32,000 nt of DNA, from positions 1,380,001-1,412,000 of the forward strand of contig CP178758.1 in the NCBI GenBank assembly GCA_047651235.1. The letters run 5' to 3'. Position numbers and translations under genes: made by a program. Under the pieces are notes generated by a model. It had not been told where the DNA came from, searched no databases, and saw only the letters and a list, made by a program, of their open reading frames with translations. This document shows, piece by piece, positions 1-7,893 of the stretch. This DNA is from Candidatus Electrothrix yaqonensis (lineage in GTDB: Bacteria; Desulfobacterota; Desulfobulbia; Desulfobulbales; Desulfobulbaceae). The first letter of the stretch is position 1, and the number at the start of each line of letters is the position of its first letter.

Positions 1-5
1 CCTCG

Positions 6-1301
6 TCAGTTTTTTTTCTGCGTGCTGCGTTCATTGAGCTGAAATAACGTGCGGACGTGCATGATCCGCTCCTCCTGATCCACACAGCAGCGGTCCGACT
101 TCAGATACTGCAGCGGGTGATGGAGCATTTTGCCGACAATGGATGAGGCCATCCGTTCAATGCATTTTCTGTCCTTGGCGCTGATGCCGTTGAGCCGGGG
201 CAGAGTCTTGGCCAGCTCTGCCTGACAGATGGATTCCGCCGCAGCTCTGAGTTCGAGAATGGTCGGGGTGACTTCCATCGAGGCCAGCCAGCCGACAAAC
301 TTCAGGGTTTCCTCCTCCACGATCCGGCGGGCCTTGACCGCCTCCTTGTCCCGCTGCTCCCTGTTCATCTCCACAACATTGTTCAGGTCGTCAATGTCGT
401 AAAGATAGATATTTTCCAGGGTGTTGATTTTCGGGTCCAGATCGCGGGGCACCGCAATATCGATCAGAAAGAGCGGCCGGTTGCGGCGGCGGCGCATCAC
501 CGGGACGATATCTTTTTTCCGCAGGATAAACCCTTCGGCCCCGGTGGAGCTGATCAGAATATCCACCTCAAGCAGCTGGTCAGTCAGCTCATCAAGTCCG
601 ACGGACCTGCCCCGAAAGCGGGCTGCCAGCTTCATGGCGCGCTCTAGGGTGCGGTTGGCGACCACCACCTCCTGAATCCCCTGGCTTACCAGATGTTCGG
701 CTGCAAGTTCAGCCATTTCTCCGGCTCCCACCAGCATGACCCGTTTTCCCTCCAGCTTGCCGAAGATCTTGCGCCCCAGTTCAACCGCAGCATAGGAGAT
801 GGAGACTGCGTTGGCGCCGATTCGGGTTTCCGTGCGCACCCGTTTGGCCACGGAAAACGATTTATGGAGCAGTTTGTTGAGGATCAGGCCGGATGTTTTT
901 TTGCGCGATGCATGACGGAACGCCTCTTTCAGCTGCCCGAGAATCTGCGCCTCGCCGACGATCATTGAATCCAGGCTGGAGGACACCATAAAGAGGTGAT
1001 GGACAGCCTCTTTGTTTTCATAGAGGTAGATACTGTTTTTCAGTTCCTCTTCGCTCACCCTGCCGTGAAAAAGCAGGGCAAGGACTTCACGCCGCATCTG
1101 TTCCGGTTCTTGGCAGGTGAACAGAATTTCCACCCGGTTGCAGGTGGAAAGCAGATAGTACTCCCCAAGTCCTCCTAACTGCCCGAGTCTGTCCAGGGGT
1201 TCCTCGTAGCCTCCGGTGAGCGCGAGTTTCTCCCGTACTTCCAGAGGGGTTTTTTTGTGATTCACACCGAGGAGAACAATGGAATCATGCCCCATAGTCA
1301 A
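6..1301 (-). CDS. hemA: glutamyl-tRNA reductase
   Basis: 431-aa ORF. N-terminal VLLGVNHKKTPLEVREK, catalytic-Cys motif STCNRVE, Rossmann VMLVGAGEMAE. Length and layout are typical of HemA. Confidence 0.93.
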   Translation of the reverse strand: MTMGHDSIVLLGVNHKKTPLEVREKLALTGGYEEPLDRLGQLGGLGEYYLLSTCNRVEILFTCQEPEQMRREVLALLFHGRVSEEELKNSIYLYENKEAVHHLFMVSSSLDSMIVGEAQILGQLKEAFRHASRKKTSGLILNKLLHKSFSVAKRVRTETRIGANAVSISYAAVELGRKIFGKLEGKRVMLVGAGEMAELAAEHLVSQGIQEVVVANRTLERAMKLAARFRGRSVGLDELTDQLLEVDILISSTGAEGFILRKKDIVPVMRRRRNRPLFLIDIAVPRDLDPKINTLENIYLYDIDDLNNVVEMNREQRDKEAVKARRIVEEETLKFVGWLASMEVTPTILELRAAAESICQAELAKTLPRLNGISAKDRKCIERMASSIVGKMLHHPLQYLKSDRCCVDQEERIMHVRTLFQLNERSTQKKN

Positions 1302-2097
1302 TGCCTCCTGCCAGCAGAAACCAGAGGGTGATCAGGACAGCGCAGAAGGCGACAACCGTTATCTGCGCAGCCCGGCGTCCCCGCCAGCCCACAGTGAAGC
1401 GCTGGTGCATCAGGCCAGCGTACAGCAGCCAGGTGAGCACAGCGCTGACGATTTTCGGACTCCATTGCCAGGGACGGCCGCCCCATATCTGCTGGGCCCA
1501 GATGTAGCCGGCAAACATCCCTAAGGTCATCAGGGGAAAACCTATGCTGATGCAGTGCTGGTTCAGTTTGTCCAGAGCATCCAGCGAGGGCAGCCGGGAA
1601 AAGAAAAAGCCGAACCGCTTTTGTTTCAGCTCCCGCTCCTGCAGGAGATACATGACACCGCCGATGGCAGCCAGGGTCAGAAATGCATCAGCAATAATGG
1701 AAATGGAGGCATGAACAGGGAGCAGCCATGACTGCATTTCCGGAGGCAGCGGGAAAATTTCTCGGGAGGCCAAGGACGCAATCAGCATCAGCAGAACGGT
1801 GATAACCGAGGTGAACGGCCCGGAATTTGTGACCGTATACCGCCAGCGGAAGGAAAGATGACACCAGGCAACAGACCAGGCAAAAAAGGAAACCGTTTCG
1901 TGGATGCTGGTGATGGGTGTGTGTTCCGCCTCAAGATAGCGGGCAAGAATATTGACAGTGTGCAGAACTGCGGCGCTCAGAAAGACCCTGCGGGCAACCT
2001 TCCGCAGCTGTTTTTTCTGGCGGACAAAAAAAAATAAATAAAATACAGCTGCACAGAAATATGCAGCCAAGCTGGCTTGAAAAAGCAGATAGCTCAT
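1285..2097 (-). CDS. cytochrome c assembly family membrane protein (CcsA/HemX-like)
   Basis: 270-aa polytopic membrane ORF overlapping the hemA start by 17 nt. Trp-rich heme-handling motif IWGGRPWQWSPK. The position next to hemA resembles hemX in other bacteria. Confidence 0.75.
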   Translation of the reverse strand: MSYLLFQASLAAYFCAAVFYLFFFVRQKKQLRKVARRVFLSAAVLHTVNILARYLEAEHTPITSIHETVSFFAWSVAWCHLSFRWRYTVTNSGPFTSVITVLLMLIASLASREIFPLPPEMQSWLLPVHASISIIADAFLTLAAIGGVMYLLQERELKQKRFGFFFSRLPSLDALDKLNQHCISIGFPLMTLGMFAGYIWAQQIWGGRPWQWSPKIVSAVLTWLLYAGLMHQRFTVGWRGRRAAQITVVAFCAVLITLWFLLAGGIDYGA

Positions 2098-2756
2098 CTG
2101 TTTCCGGTGAGTTGGCGGACATCAAGATCAATTGCTGACCCGATAACTGCAGCAAGGTGCTTGTCCAGTACGTCCCACTGCTCATTTCTGATCCAAGAGA
2201 TTATATCGTCATGCAGAACATTTTGAAACAGGATTTTTCTCACTGCGGAGTCGGACAGATTCTCCCGAAGCTGTTTCCGGAGGCAGGCCATCAGGCGCAG
2301 AAGGACAATGTATTCTTCGCCGAACTGCCGGTCCAACTGCTCTCTGAGCTTTGCGGCAAGAGCAGGGCTCTTGCCGTTGGTGGATACAGCAATGCTCAGG
2401 TCGCCCCGGCGGACAACAGCAGGAACCTGAAAACTGCATTGCGCCGGATCATCCGCCACATTGACCGGCAGACCTGCCTGCTTGGCATCCCGGACAACGG
2501 CCTGCTGGATTTCCCGGTTGTCTGTAGCAGCGAAGACCAGAAACGCCCCGGCAAGATCTCCGCAGCAGTAGCCCCGGTTCAGCCATTCAGCCCGGTTTTC
2601 CCTGACTATGTCATTCAGAACAGCAGTGAGCTGCGGGCTGATGATCCGGACCTTTGCGCCGGACTCAAGCAGAGACAGGACTTTGCGCTGCGCCACATTG
2701 CCGCCGCCCACAACAACACAGAGTCTGTCTCTGATATCCAAGCTGACCGGATACAC
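2094..2756 (-). CDS. precorrin-2 dehydrogenase / sirohydrochlorin ferrochelatase (siroheme synthase N-terminal type, SirC/Met8-like)
   Basis: 220 aa. NAD-binding VVVGGGNVAQRKVLSLLESGAKV, then FAATDNREIQ..VNVADDP..CSF..PAVV..GDL.IAVSTNGKSPALA, typical of the CysG N-domain. 4-nt overlap with the downstream ccsA-like gene. Confidence 0.85.
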   Translation of the reverse strand: MYPVSLDIRDRLCVVVGGGNVAQRKVLSLLESGAKVRIISPQLTAVLNDIVRENRAEWLNRGYCCGDLAGAFLVFAATDNREIQQAVVRDAKQAGLPVNVADDPAQCSFQVPAVVRRGDLSIAVSTNGKSPALAAKLREQLDRQFGEEYIVLLRLMACLRKQLRENLSDSAVRKILFQNVLHDDIISWIRNEQWDVLDKHLAAVIGSAIDLDVRQLTGNR

Positions 2757-2775
2757 GCGGACGGAGAAAAAAGAA

Positions 2776-3468
2776 TTAACGCGGAGTCAGACGGGTCAGG
2801 AGCACTTCCTTGTTCTGTTCAAGGCTTTTGAGCACCCGTTTTGAGGCGGAAACTTTATACTCTTTTTCCGCAAGCTGCAGGAAAGGCCGCAGGGATTTCA
2901 GTTGAATATCATGGGCCAGATAAATGACCCCATCCGGTTGCAGGGCCCGGCGGAACACGGCAAGCAGCGGCTCAAAAAAGGTCTCCCGGAAGAGAATTTC
3001 CGCTCCAAGGATGATATCATACCGCTCCATCTCCGGCGGCTCCAGCCAGTCCAGCAGAGAAAATTGAACGTTGTCCAAATTTGAGGCTGCTGCACTGACC
3101 CGGGAAAAATCAAGAATGATCTGTTCGTAATCCGTCAGGGTAACGGAACAGCCTGCCGCTGCTGCGGTCAGACCTGGAGCGCCCAGACCGGCGCCGAGTT
3201 CAAGCACGGTTGTGCCCGGAGCAGGTCGCAGGCTCACCATGAAACGGGACAGCACCACAGCAGCTTCCCAAAGCCGGACCCAGAATGGAAATTCGGAAGG
3301 ATTTTTCAGCGGATCCTTGCCCGCCAAGAGCTGTTCAAGGTCAGTCACCTTCAACAGGTGCAGATGAAGATCATCAGCGGGTCTGAACGATTCAAAACCT
3401 ATTGTGTACCGGTCTTTGATTTTCCGGTACAGTTCCTGTGCTTCAGCAGGGAGCGTCTGCGGGTCCAT
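2776..3468 (-). CDS. class I SAM-dependent methyltransferase (Methyltransf_16-like)
   Basis: 230 aa. Motif I VLELGAGLGAPGLTAAAAG followed by the acidic LTDYE. Confidence 0.72.
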   Translation of the reverse strand: MDPQTLPAEAQELYRKIKDRYTIGFESFRPADDLHLHLLKVTDLEQLLAGKDPLKNPSEFPFWVRLWEAAVVLSRFMVSLRPAPGTTVLELGAGLGAPGLTAAAAGCSVTLTDYEQIILDFSRVSAAASNLDNVQFSLLDWLEPPEMERYDIILGAEILFRETFFEPLLAVFRRALQPDGVIYLAHDIQLKSLRPFLQLAEKEYKVSASKRVLKSLEQNKEVLLTRLTPR

Positions 3469-3487
3469 TGTTCTTGTTCTGTCAGTG

Positions 3488-3522
3488 CAAAAGAAAAGCC
3501 GATGACGCTGGACGCCATCGGC
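3488..3522 (-). terminator. rho-independent terminator after the small secreted-protein gene
   Basis: Minus-strand hairpin GCCGATG..CATCGGC (3498-3504 pairs with 3516-3522, plus 2 inner bp), followed by CTTTTCTTTT. Confidence 0.55.
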
Positions 3523-3586
3523 CGAAAGCTGAATGCATATCAGGAAAAAACCGAGTTCCCTGACAGCGGGTTACCTGTGTCGGTAA

Positions 3587-3799
3587 TCAGCAGCCTTCAA
3601 CAACCTTCTTCTTGTCCACTCTTACTTTCACCTTATCACCTGTTTTCAGCTTGGCATCTTTTTCACAGGTCATGGTTACTGTTGCCTGGTCGTCTTTCAC
3701 CTCAACGTTTTCGATTTTGCATTTTTCCGTTGCGGCAAAGGCGATCCCTATAGAGAGAGCAAAGGCGGTTACCATAAGGGCTGCTGCTATTTTTTTCAT
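3587..3799 (-). CDS. small secreted hypothetical protein (70 aa, 3 Cys)
   Basis: Signal peptide KKIAAALMVTAFALSIGIAFA. AGGAGA lies 5 nt before the second ATG (3799). It has its own promoter-like site and terminator. K/V-rich mature part ends in ..VEGC. Confidence 0.55.
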   Translation of the reverse strand: MKKIAAALMVTAFALSIGIAFAATEKCKIENVEVKDDQATVTMTCEKDAKLKTGDKVKVRVDKKKVVEGC

Positions 3800-3852
3800 A
3801 ACCATCTCCTGATATTATTGTAAGAATTAAAATTAAAAAATTGATAATCCGT

Positions 3853-3881
3853 ACTGTAAACTGTTCTCAACACCTTGTCAA
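3853..3881 (-). promoter_or_regulatory. sigma70-like promoter for the small secreted-protein gene
   Basis: Minus strand: TTGACA (3881-3876), 17-nt spacer, TACAGT (3858-3853). Confidence 0.35.
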
Positions 3882-3892
3882 TACGAAAAGAA

Positions 3893-4483
3893 TCATTTTT
3901 TTTCTTCCTTTTTTTTCTCCTCCGACTTCTTGTTTTTTTTCTTTTTTTTCTCTTCTTCCTCTTTTTTCTTTTCCTTCGCCTCCTTCGGCATGATCTCCTC
4001 AATATCCTGCCTCAGCAAATCATGCGCCACGTATCCCGCATAGCTCCGCATCATCTTGCCTTCACTGCTGATTAAAAACGAGGTGGGGATGCCGGTAAGT
4101 CCGCCGAAATCACTGACAACGTCGCTGTTCGCCATTGCTACCGGATAATTGATGTTTTTTTCTTTAACCAGGTCGCGTACGATCTTCGGGCCGCCTTCGT
4201 CAAGGGAAAGAGCGAGCACGGAAAATCCTTTCTCACCCAGTTCGTTCTGCAGCTGAATCAGAGAGGGAATTTCGTCATGGCACGGCGGGCACCAGGTTGC
4301 AAAAAAAGTAATCAGCAGCACCTTGTCTTTAAAATCCTCACTGCTGATATCTTTACCGTCAACAGCAGAGGGCAGAGTGAAACTGGGCATAGAGCTTGAC
4401 GAAGCTGTTCCGGCTGCCGCAAGCAGCAGCACTAAAACTACAATGGGGAGCAGCAGTATTTTTATTTTTTTTGTCTCATGCAT
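3893..4483 (-). CDS. TlpA/ResA-family periplasmic thiol:disulfide oxidoreductase with K/E-rich C-terminal tail
   Basis: 196 aa. Signal/anchor KIKILLLPIVVLVLLLAAAG, thioredoxin-fold active site FFATWCPPCHDEIP, then a redoxin core. The last 31 aa are PKEAKEKKKEEEEKKKKKNKKSEEKKKEEKK. Confidence 0.85.
   Translation of the reverse strand: MHETKKIKILLLPIVVLVLLLAAAGTASSSSMPSFTLPSAVDGKDISSEDFKDKVLLITFFATWCPPCHDEIPSLIQLQNELGEKGFSVLALSLDEGGPKIVRDLVKEKNINYPVAMANSDVVSDFGGLTGIPTSFLISSEGKMMRSYAGYVAHDLLRQDIEEIMPKEAKEKKKEEEEKKKKKNKKSEEKKKEEKK
3896..3994. repeat. about 100-nt polypyrimidine (plus strand) / polypurine (minus strand) low-complexity tract
   Basis: Runs of T6-T9 broken by C. Encodes the K/E tail of the TlpA-like protein. 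The other frames give poly-R/K and poly-F/L artefact ORFs. Confidence 0.85.
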
Positions 4484-4964
4484 AGGGATAAAGCACCTTG
4501 CTGGTATGAGTTAGGGGGGTGATATGAGTTTGGTATGTTTTGTACTCACCTTGACTTTCGTTCCTGCAGCGGATCATGCCCATAATAAATTCTATCTGCG
4601 GGAGTTTGTCAATCAAGAAGCATACTCAAATATAAGCGGTACGTTAAATCCGTTGGTCAGATATTTTCCGGGCAGCTTTTTTGTCAGAAACAGCTTCGGT
4701 ACGCTGTCGGGGTGCGGTGCTCTTGCATTTAACATGCCGAATAAAAAAGACAATCTGCTCAGAGTTGCGAGTTGTAAATTTTCTTCATATGGAAACATAT
4801 GTAACATCCTGTAACGCACCTTAAAAACAGAAAAAAACAGTTCTGTCATAATTCATCACAATTCCTTCCCGGCAAGTCATAATCGCCTCCGGGCTTCGTC
4901 ATGGTCGTGCAGAATAATAGAAAATAAAAAGAGAGGTTAAGAACTGTATCCGGCGGAGGATATT

Positions 4965-5195
4965 ATGATGACAAAAGAACAGCAGAATCTTGGTGAATTC
5001 CCTGCAGCCATTGATCCCGGTTACCTGATGTTGGCAATGTACGTACTTTGTGTTACTGTACTGGTGTTGTTCGGCTGGTTGGCCAGCAGCAGTGTGGCAC
5101 TTGAGACGGAACAGAACGGGGAGAAAATAGTTGTCAGCGAGCAGATTCTGCAGCAGCCTGCGCCGCAACAGCATTTTATCTCTGATCAGGTATAA
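4965..5195 (+). CDS. small single-pass membrane protein, hypothetical
   Basis: 76 aa. GGAGGA lies 6 nt upstream of the ATG. One TM helix LMLAMYVLCVTVLVLFGWLA. The next gene starts 12 nt downstream. Confidence 0.45.
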   Translation: MMTKEQQNLGEFPAAIDPGYLMLAMYVLCVTVLVLFGWLASSSVALETEQNGEKIVVSEQILQQPAPQQHFISDQV

Positions 5196-5207
5196 GCGGG
5201 GAACTGC

Positions 5208-5726
5208 ATGAAGCGAAGCATTGAAACGGATTTAAACTACTGCCCGAACTGTCACGATGAATACCGGGCAGACATCACCGCCTGCGCAGCCTGCGGTATT
5301 GCCCTGATCAGCGGTGAGGAAATGCTGGCAGCGCAGCAGCGGCAGGAGCGGGGCAGGCGTGATATGATCCTGCATCCGGACGATGAGATGGTGACCATTA
5401 GAAAAGGCCCTGTGATCCAGATGAAAGATTTCCAAGTCATGCTGAAGCGCGAAGGCTTTCCGTCACTGGCCGTGAGCGAAGACAGCAGCTGCAGACAAGG
5501 CTGCGGCACAAATCTGCTGGTGCAGATCAGAAAATCGGATCTGCAGGAGGTGATGGCTATTCTGGAACGGGATCATATCCGGTCCACCGGACTGGAAGAG
5601 CATGATCTGTCCACGGCCGGAGCTGTCTTTGATACCGATGCTGAACAGGCCACCTGCCCGGCCTGCGGCCACAGTTTTTCCACTACAGAAACTTCCTGCC
5701 CGGAATGCGGGCTGTGTTTTGCCTGA
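5208..5726 (+). CDS. double zinc-ribbon protein, hypothetical
   Basis: 172 aa. CPNC..x13..CAAC at the N-terminus and CPAC..x11..CPEC at the C-terminus. Tightly spaced with both flanking genes. Confidence 0.6.
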   Translation: MKRSIETDLNYCPNCHDEYRADITACAACGIALISGEEMLAAQQRQERGRRDMILHPDDEMVTIRKGPVIQMKDFQVMLKREGFPSLAVSEDSSCRQGCGTNLLVQIRKSDLQEVMAILERDHIRSTGLEEHDLSTAGAVFDTDAEQATCPACGHSFSTTETSCPECGLCFA

Positions 5727-5735
5727 GCCGACCCG

Positions 5736-6335
5736 ATGAAATTCAGAGGAATCAATCATCTTGCTATGGTGACCGCAGATATGGAGGCCACCATCCGTTT
5801 TTGGCGCGACCTGATGGGGATGCGTTTAATCAGTGGATTCGGCGAAGCCGATTTCCGCCATTATTTTTTTGAGATTGACGAAAAAAACAGCTTGGCATTT
5901 TTTGAGTGGGACGGCGCGCAGCCTGTGCAAAGGAAGCTGCACGGCCAGCCGTTTTCCGGACCTGTGGTCTTTGACCATGTCGCCTTCGGGCTGGAGTCCG
6001 CCGAGGAGGTCTGGGCACTGAAAGACAAACTTGAGGCTGCCGGATTTCCCTGTTCCGACATGATTGATCACGGTTTTATTCACTCCATCTATTCCTTTGA
6101 TCCCAACGGCATTCCCATTGAGTTCAGTTATGAGGTGGAAGGACAGGATATCCGGAAGCATCCGGTTCTGTATGATGCCCATCCGCCTCAGGCTGCAACA
6201 GAGGGCGCGGAACCGCAGCCGGGCAGATGGCCGGAGGTGACCGACCCCACGCCTGCAGCTAAGCGGGTGGTAAAAGAGGGTGACGGAAGTGGTTTTTTTG
6301 ACAAGTGGAAGCTGGTTACTGAGCAGAAAGATTGA
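5736..6335 (+). CDS. VOC (glyoxalase/bleomycin-resistance/dioxygenase) family protein
   Basis: 199 aa. INHLAMVTADMEATIRFWRDLMGMRL and FDHVAFGLES..IHSIYSFDPNGIPIEF are typical paired beta-alpha-beta-beta-beta modules. There is a Pro-rich C-terminal extension of about 55 aa. Confidence 0.85.
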   Translation: MKFRGINHLAMVTADMEATIRFWRDLMGMRLISGFGEADFRHYFFEIDEKNSLAFFEWDGAQPVQRKLHGQPFSGPVVFDHVAFGLESAEEVWALKDKLEAAGFPCSDMIDHGFIHSIYSFDPNGIPIEFSYEVEGQDIRKHPVLYDAHPPQAATEGAEPQPGRWPEVTDPTPAAKRVVKEGDGSGFFDKWKLVTEQKD

Positions 6336-6364
6336 ACCGGTCTTTTTCCTCTTCCCCGGTGCTG

Positions 6365-6392
6365 GCCGAGGGACAGTCTCGGCTTTATTTTA
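6365..6392 (+). terminator. rho-independent terminator after the VOC gene
   Basis: GCCGAG (6365-6370), loop GGACAGT, CTCGGC (6378-6383), then TTTATTTTA. Confidence 0.6.
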
Positions 6393-6396
6393 TCTC

Positions 6397-6469
6397 TCCT
6401 CCTTTCGTATCCCGCCTTACTGCCCTTGGTGATGTCCACAACCCAGATGTTCTGAAAGGGCGCGCACGG
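6397..6469 (-). repeat. degenerate third copy (C) of the 87-bp unit
   Basis: Shares ACTGCCCTTGGTGATGTCC...TTCTGAAAGGG.GCGCACGG with copies A and B. Has a 1-nt indel and loses the distal part. Lies 27 nt after the Uma2 stop. Confidence 0.6.
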
Positions 6470-6496
6470 CCTTTTGTTGTAACAATTGTCGAGCAT

Positions 6497-6964
6497 CTAT
6501 AGCTTCTGCGCATCAGGGACCAAGATACTTTTTTTGATTTCACCGATATGACTGAAGGTCGTAATTCTGCCGTCCTCGTAAACCACCCAGACCTCCTGAG
6601 CACCTTTTGCCAGATAAAGATCCACCTTGCCGGTGAGTTCCGCCTTGGAATTTGACGGAGAGACGATCTCAATGCAGATTTCCGGGGCCTTGGGGTACGG
6701 GGTTGCGTAAGCAAAGGCGCGGATGAATTCATCCGATGCCCACGCCACATCAGCTACCTTGACGCCCTCCGAAGTCTGGATAGAGCATTCCGTGATGACC
6801 TCGCCGCTGGGCAGTTTGTTGATGAGATTGGCCGCCATCCGGCCCTGGATGCGTCCGTGCTGATTGGAGGCCGGACTCATGAGAATTTTTCCGAAACGGT
6901 TCAACTCGATCTTGAAGGGAAGATTTTGGAGTAGCGGGTTATTGATGACTTCGGCCCATTCCAT
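6497..6964 (-). CDS. Uma2 family (DUF820) PD-(D/E)xK endonuclease
   Basis: 155 aa. ..VADVAW.. and PEICIEIVSPSNSKAELTGKVDLYLAKGAQEVWVV match the Uma2 core. GGAG lies 8 nt before the ATG. Confidence 0.8.
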   Translation of the reverse strand: MEWAEVINNPLLQNLPFKIELNRFGKILMSPASNQHGRIQGRMAANLINKLPSGEVITECSIQTSEGVKVADVAWASDEFIRAFAYATPYPKAPEICIEIVSPSNSKAELTGKVDLYLAKGAQEVWVVYEDGRITTFSHIGEIKKSILVPDAQKL

Positions 6965-7037
6965 GATGTTGCTCCACAGTTTTCTTTTTGATCATACTTC
7001 AGTTAACTCTTCGTTATAACATAGAAACAGGAAGAAC

Positions 7038-7124
7038 GAAAAATCTTTCGGCTCTACGGCAGCTTGCCAGCCTCACTGCCCTTGGTGATGTCCCAGCCCA
7101 TGTATTTTGAAAGGGAGCGCACGG
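7038..7124 (-). repeat. 87-bp direct repeat, copy B
   Basis: 81/87 identical to 7894-7980. On the minus strand it reads VRSLSKYMGWDITKGSEAGKLP-stop plus 16 nt. It is not attached to any ORF and begins 13 nt after the vapC TGA. Confidence 0.88.
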
Positions 7125-7137
7125 ATTTCTCTCGCAC

Positions 7138-7623
7138 TCACGCTGCGGGGCGGTACAGCTTCAGGTCGGAAATGAAGCGAAAATCTTTGACGTTCAACGT
7201 ATACAGTGCCAGATCATGTGACAGGACCGTTGCCGCAATCAACGCATCAGGCAGGCTCAGTTTATGGCTCAGTGAATAGGTTTCCATCAGCTGAAGGAAC
7301 CGGGTTGAAATTGGGATATAGCGATTTCAGCTTGAATGAGTATCAATTGTAGGTTGATAACCTGTTGATTATAGATGGCTATAAAGTCAAATATTGATTG
7401 TCACTCAAATTGAAACTGCTATATCCAGAGGAAAACCGGACAGCAGTGCAAGGTGTCGTTTGATGCGCTGTAACTCTGCTTTGTTCAAGGCACCGAAGTA
7501 AAGTTCGGCTTGGGTAATCGTGCTGATTGCCAAGCAGTTCGGGCCGATCCGGCGCAGCTCTTCTGTAATCTGCGGGTTATTTTTGTAGAACTCGATCAGA
7601 ATGTTGGTGTCACAGAGGATCAT
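7138..7623 (-). pseudogene. vapC: PIN-domain toxin VapC, interrupted by a 105-bp insertion carrying stop codons
   Basis: N-terminal part: MILCDTNILIEF..ITQAELYFGA..FPLDIAVS. C-terminal part: TRFLQLMETYSLSHKLSLPDALIAATVLSHDLALYTLNVKDFRFI. Deleting 7311-7415 joins them in frame into a 126-aa PIN protein. Confidence 0.78.
7311..7409. mobile_element. 99-bp imperfect-palindrome insertion (MITE-like) inside vapC
   Basis: Flanked by the direct repeat TTGAAA (7305-7310 and 7410-7415). Together with 17 nt of left flank it forms a 113-nt foldback (7314-7426), with 9 perfect terminal bp GGATATAGC/GCTATATCC and about 34 paired positions. Confidence 0.55.
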
Positions 7624-7647
7624 ATCTCCTGCCTCGGCCACGCTTTT

Positions 7648-7830
7648 TTACGGATTGCCTCCTGAGTAATATCTCTGTCCTGCCAAGGAAAAGAAATCCT
7701 CCGGGGTATCCTGCTCAGAGGTTTCGCTTTGTCCAGCCTGAACAGAATCAACAAAGTTCAACGCTGTCAGCAGATCAAGCAGCATCCTGGCCTTTTCTTT
7801 ATCCCGTACTCGAATAACTATTTGTTCCAT
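7648..7830 (-). CDS. putative antitoxin partner of VapC (unclassified small acidic protein)
   Basis: 60 aa, MEQIVIRVRDKEKARMLLDLLTALNFVDSV... AAAGGA RBS. Ends 24 nt before the vapC ATG (7623). Position and size fit a type II antitoxin. Confidence 0.5.
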   Translation of the reverse strand: MEQIVIRVRDKEKARMLLDLLTALNFVDSVQAGQSETSEQDTPEDFFSLAGQRYYSGGNP

Positions 7831-7893
7831 ATCGTGTTTCCTTTCTATATCATTGCGTCGTAATGATTTATTATAGCATGAAACAGTAAGGGT

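Noticed and set aside
3520-3592. The small secreted protein ends ..VEGC followed by TGA and sits next to a thioredoxin-fold gene. This raised the idea of a C-terminal Cys-Sec (CU) selenoprotein with a downstream SECIS hairpin (TTACC..GGTAA immediately after the TGA).
   Set aside because: Read-through would give an unconvincing 40-aa extension that runs straight through a good rho-independent terminator (3488-3522). The small hairpins are short and lack the expected SECIS geometry. Only a Sec-aware search or homolog alignment could revive the idea.
3796-4075. Poly-R/K ORF (3796-4002, minus strand) and poly-F/L ORF (3875-4075, plus strand).
   Set aside because: These are alternative-frame readings of the homopurine tract that encodes the TlpA K/E tail.
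6188-6750. ORFs 6188-6496 (-) and 6385-6750 (-).
   Set aside because: The first reads through repeat copy C and the VOC terminator, antisense into the VOC gene. The second is an out-of-frame overlap of the Uma2 gene.
7038-7124. The 87-bp repeats as integron attC sites, since the cassettes are TA and nuclease genes as in chromosomal integrons.
   Set aside because: The unit is not an imperfect palindrome; only a 5-bp CTTTC/GAAAG pairing is evident. I found no RYYYAAC/GTTRRRY core pair at its ends and no intI gene in the window. The A/B differences look like coding-sequence evolution.
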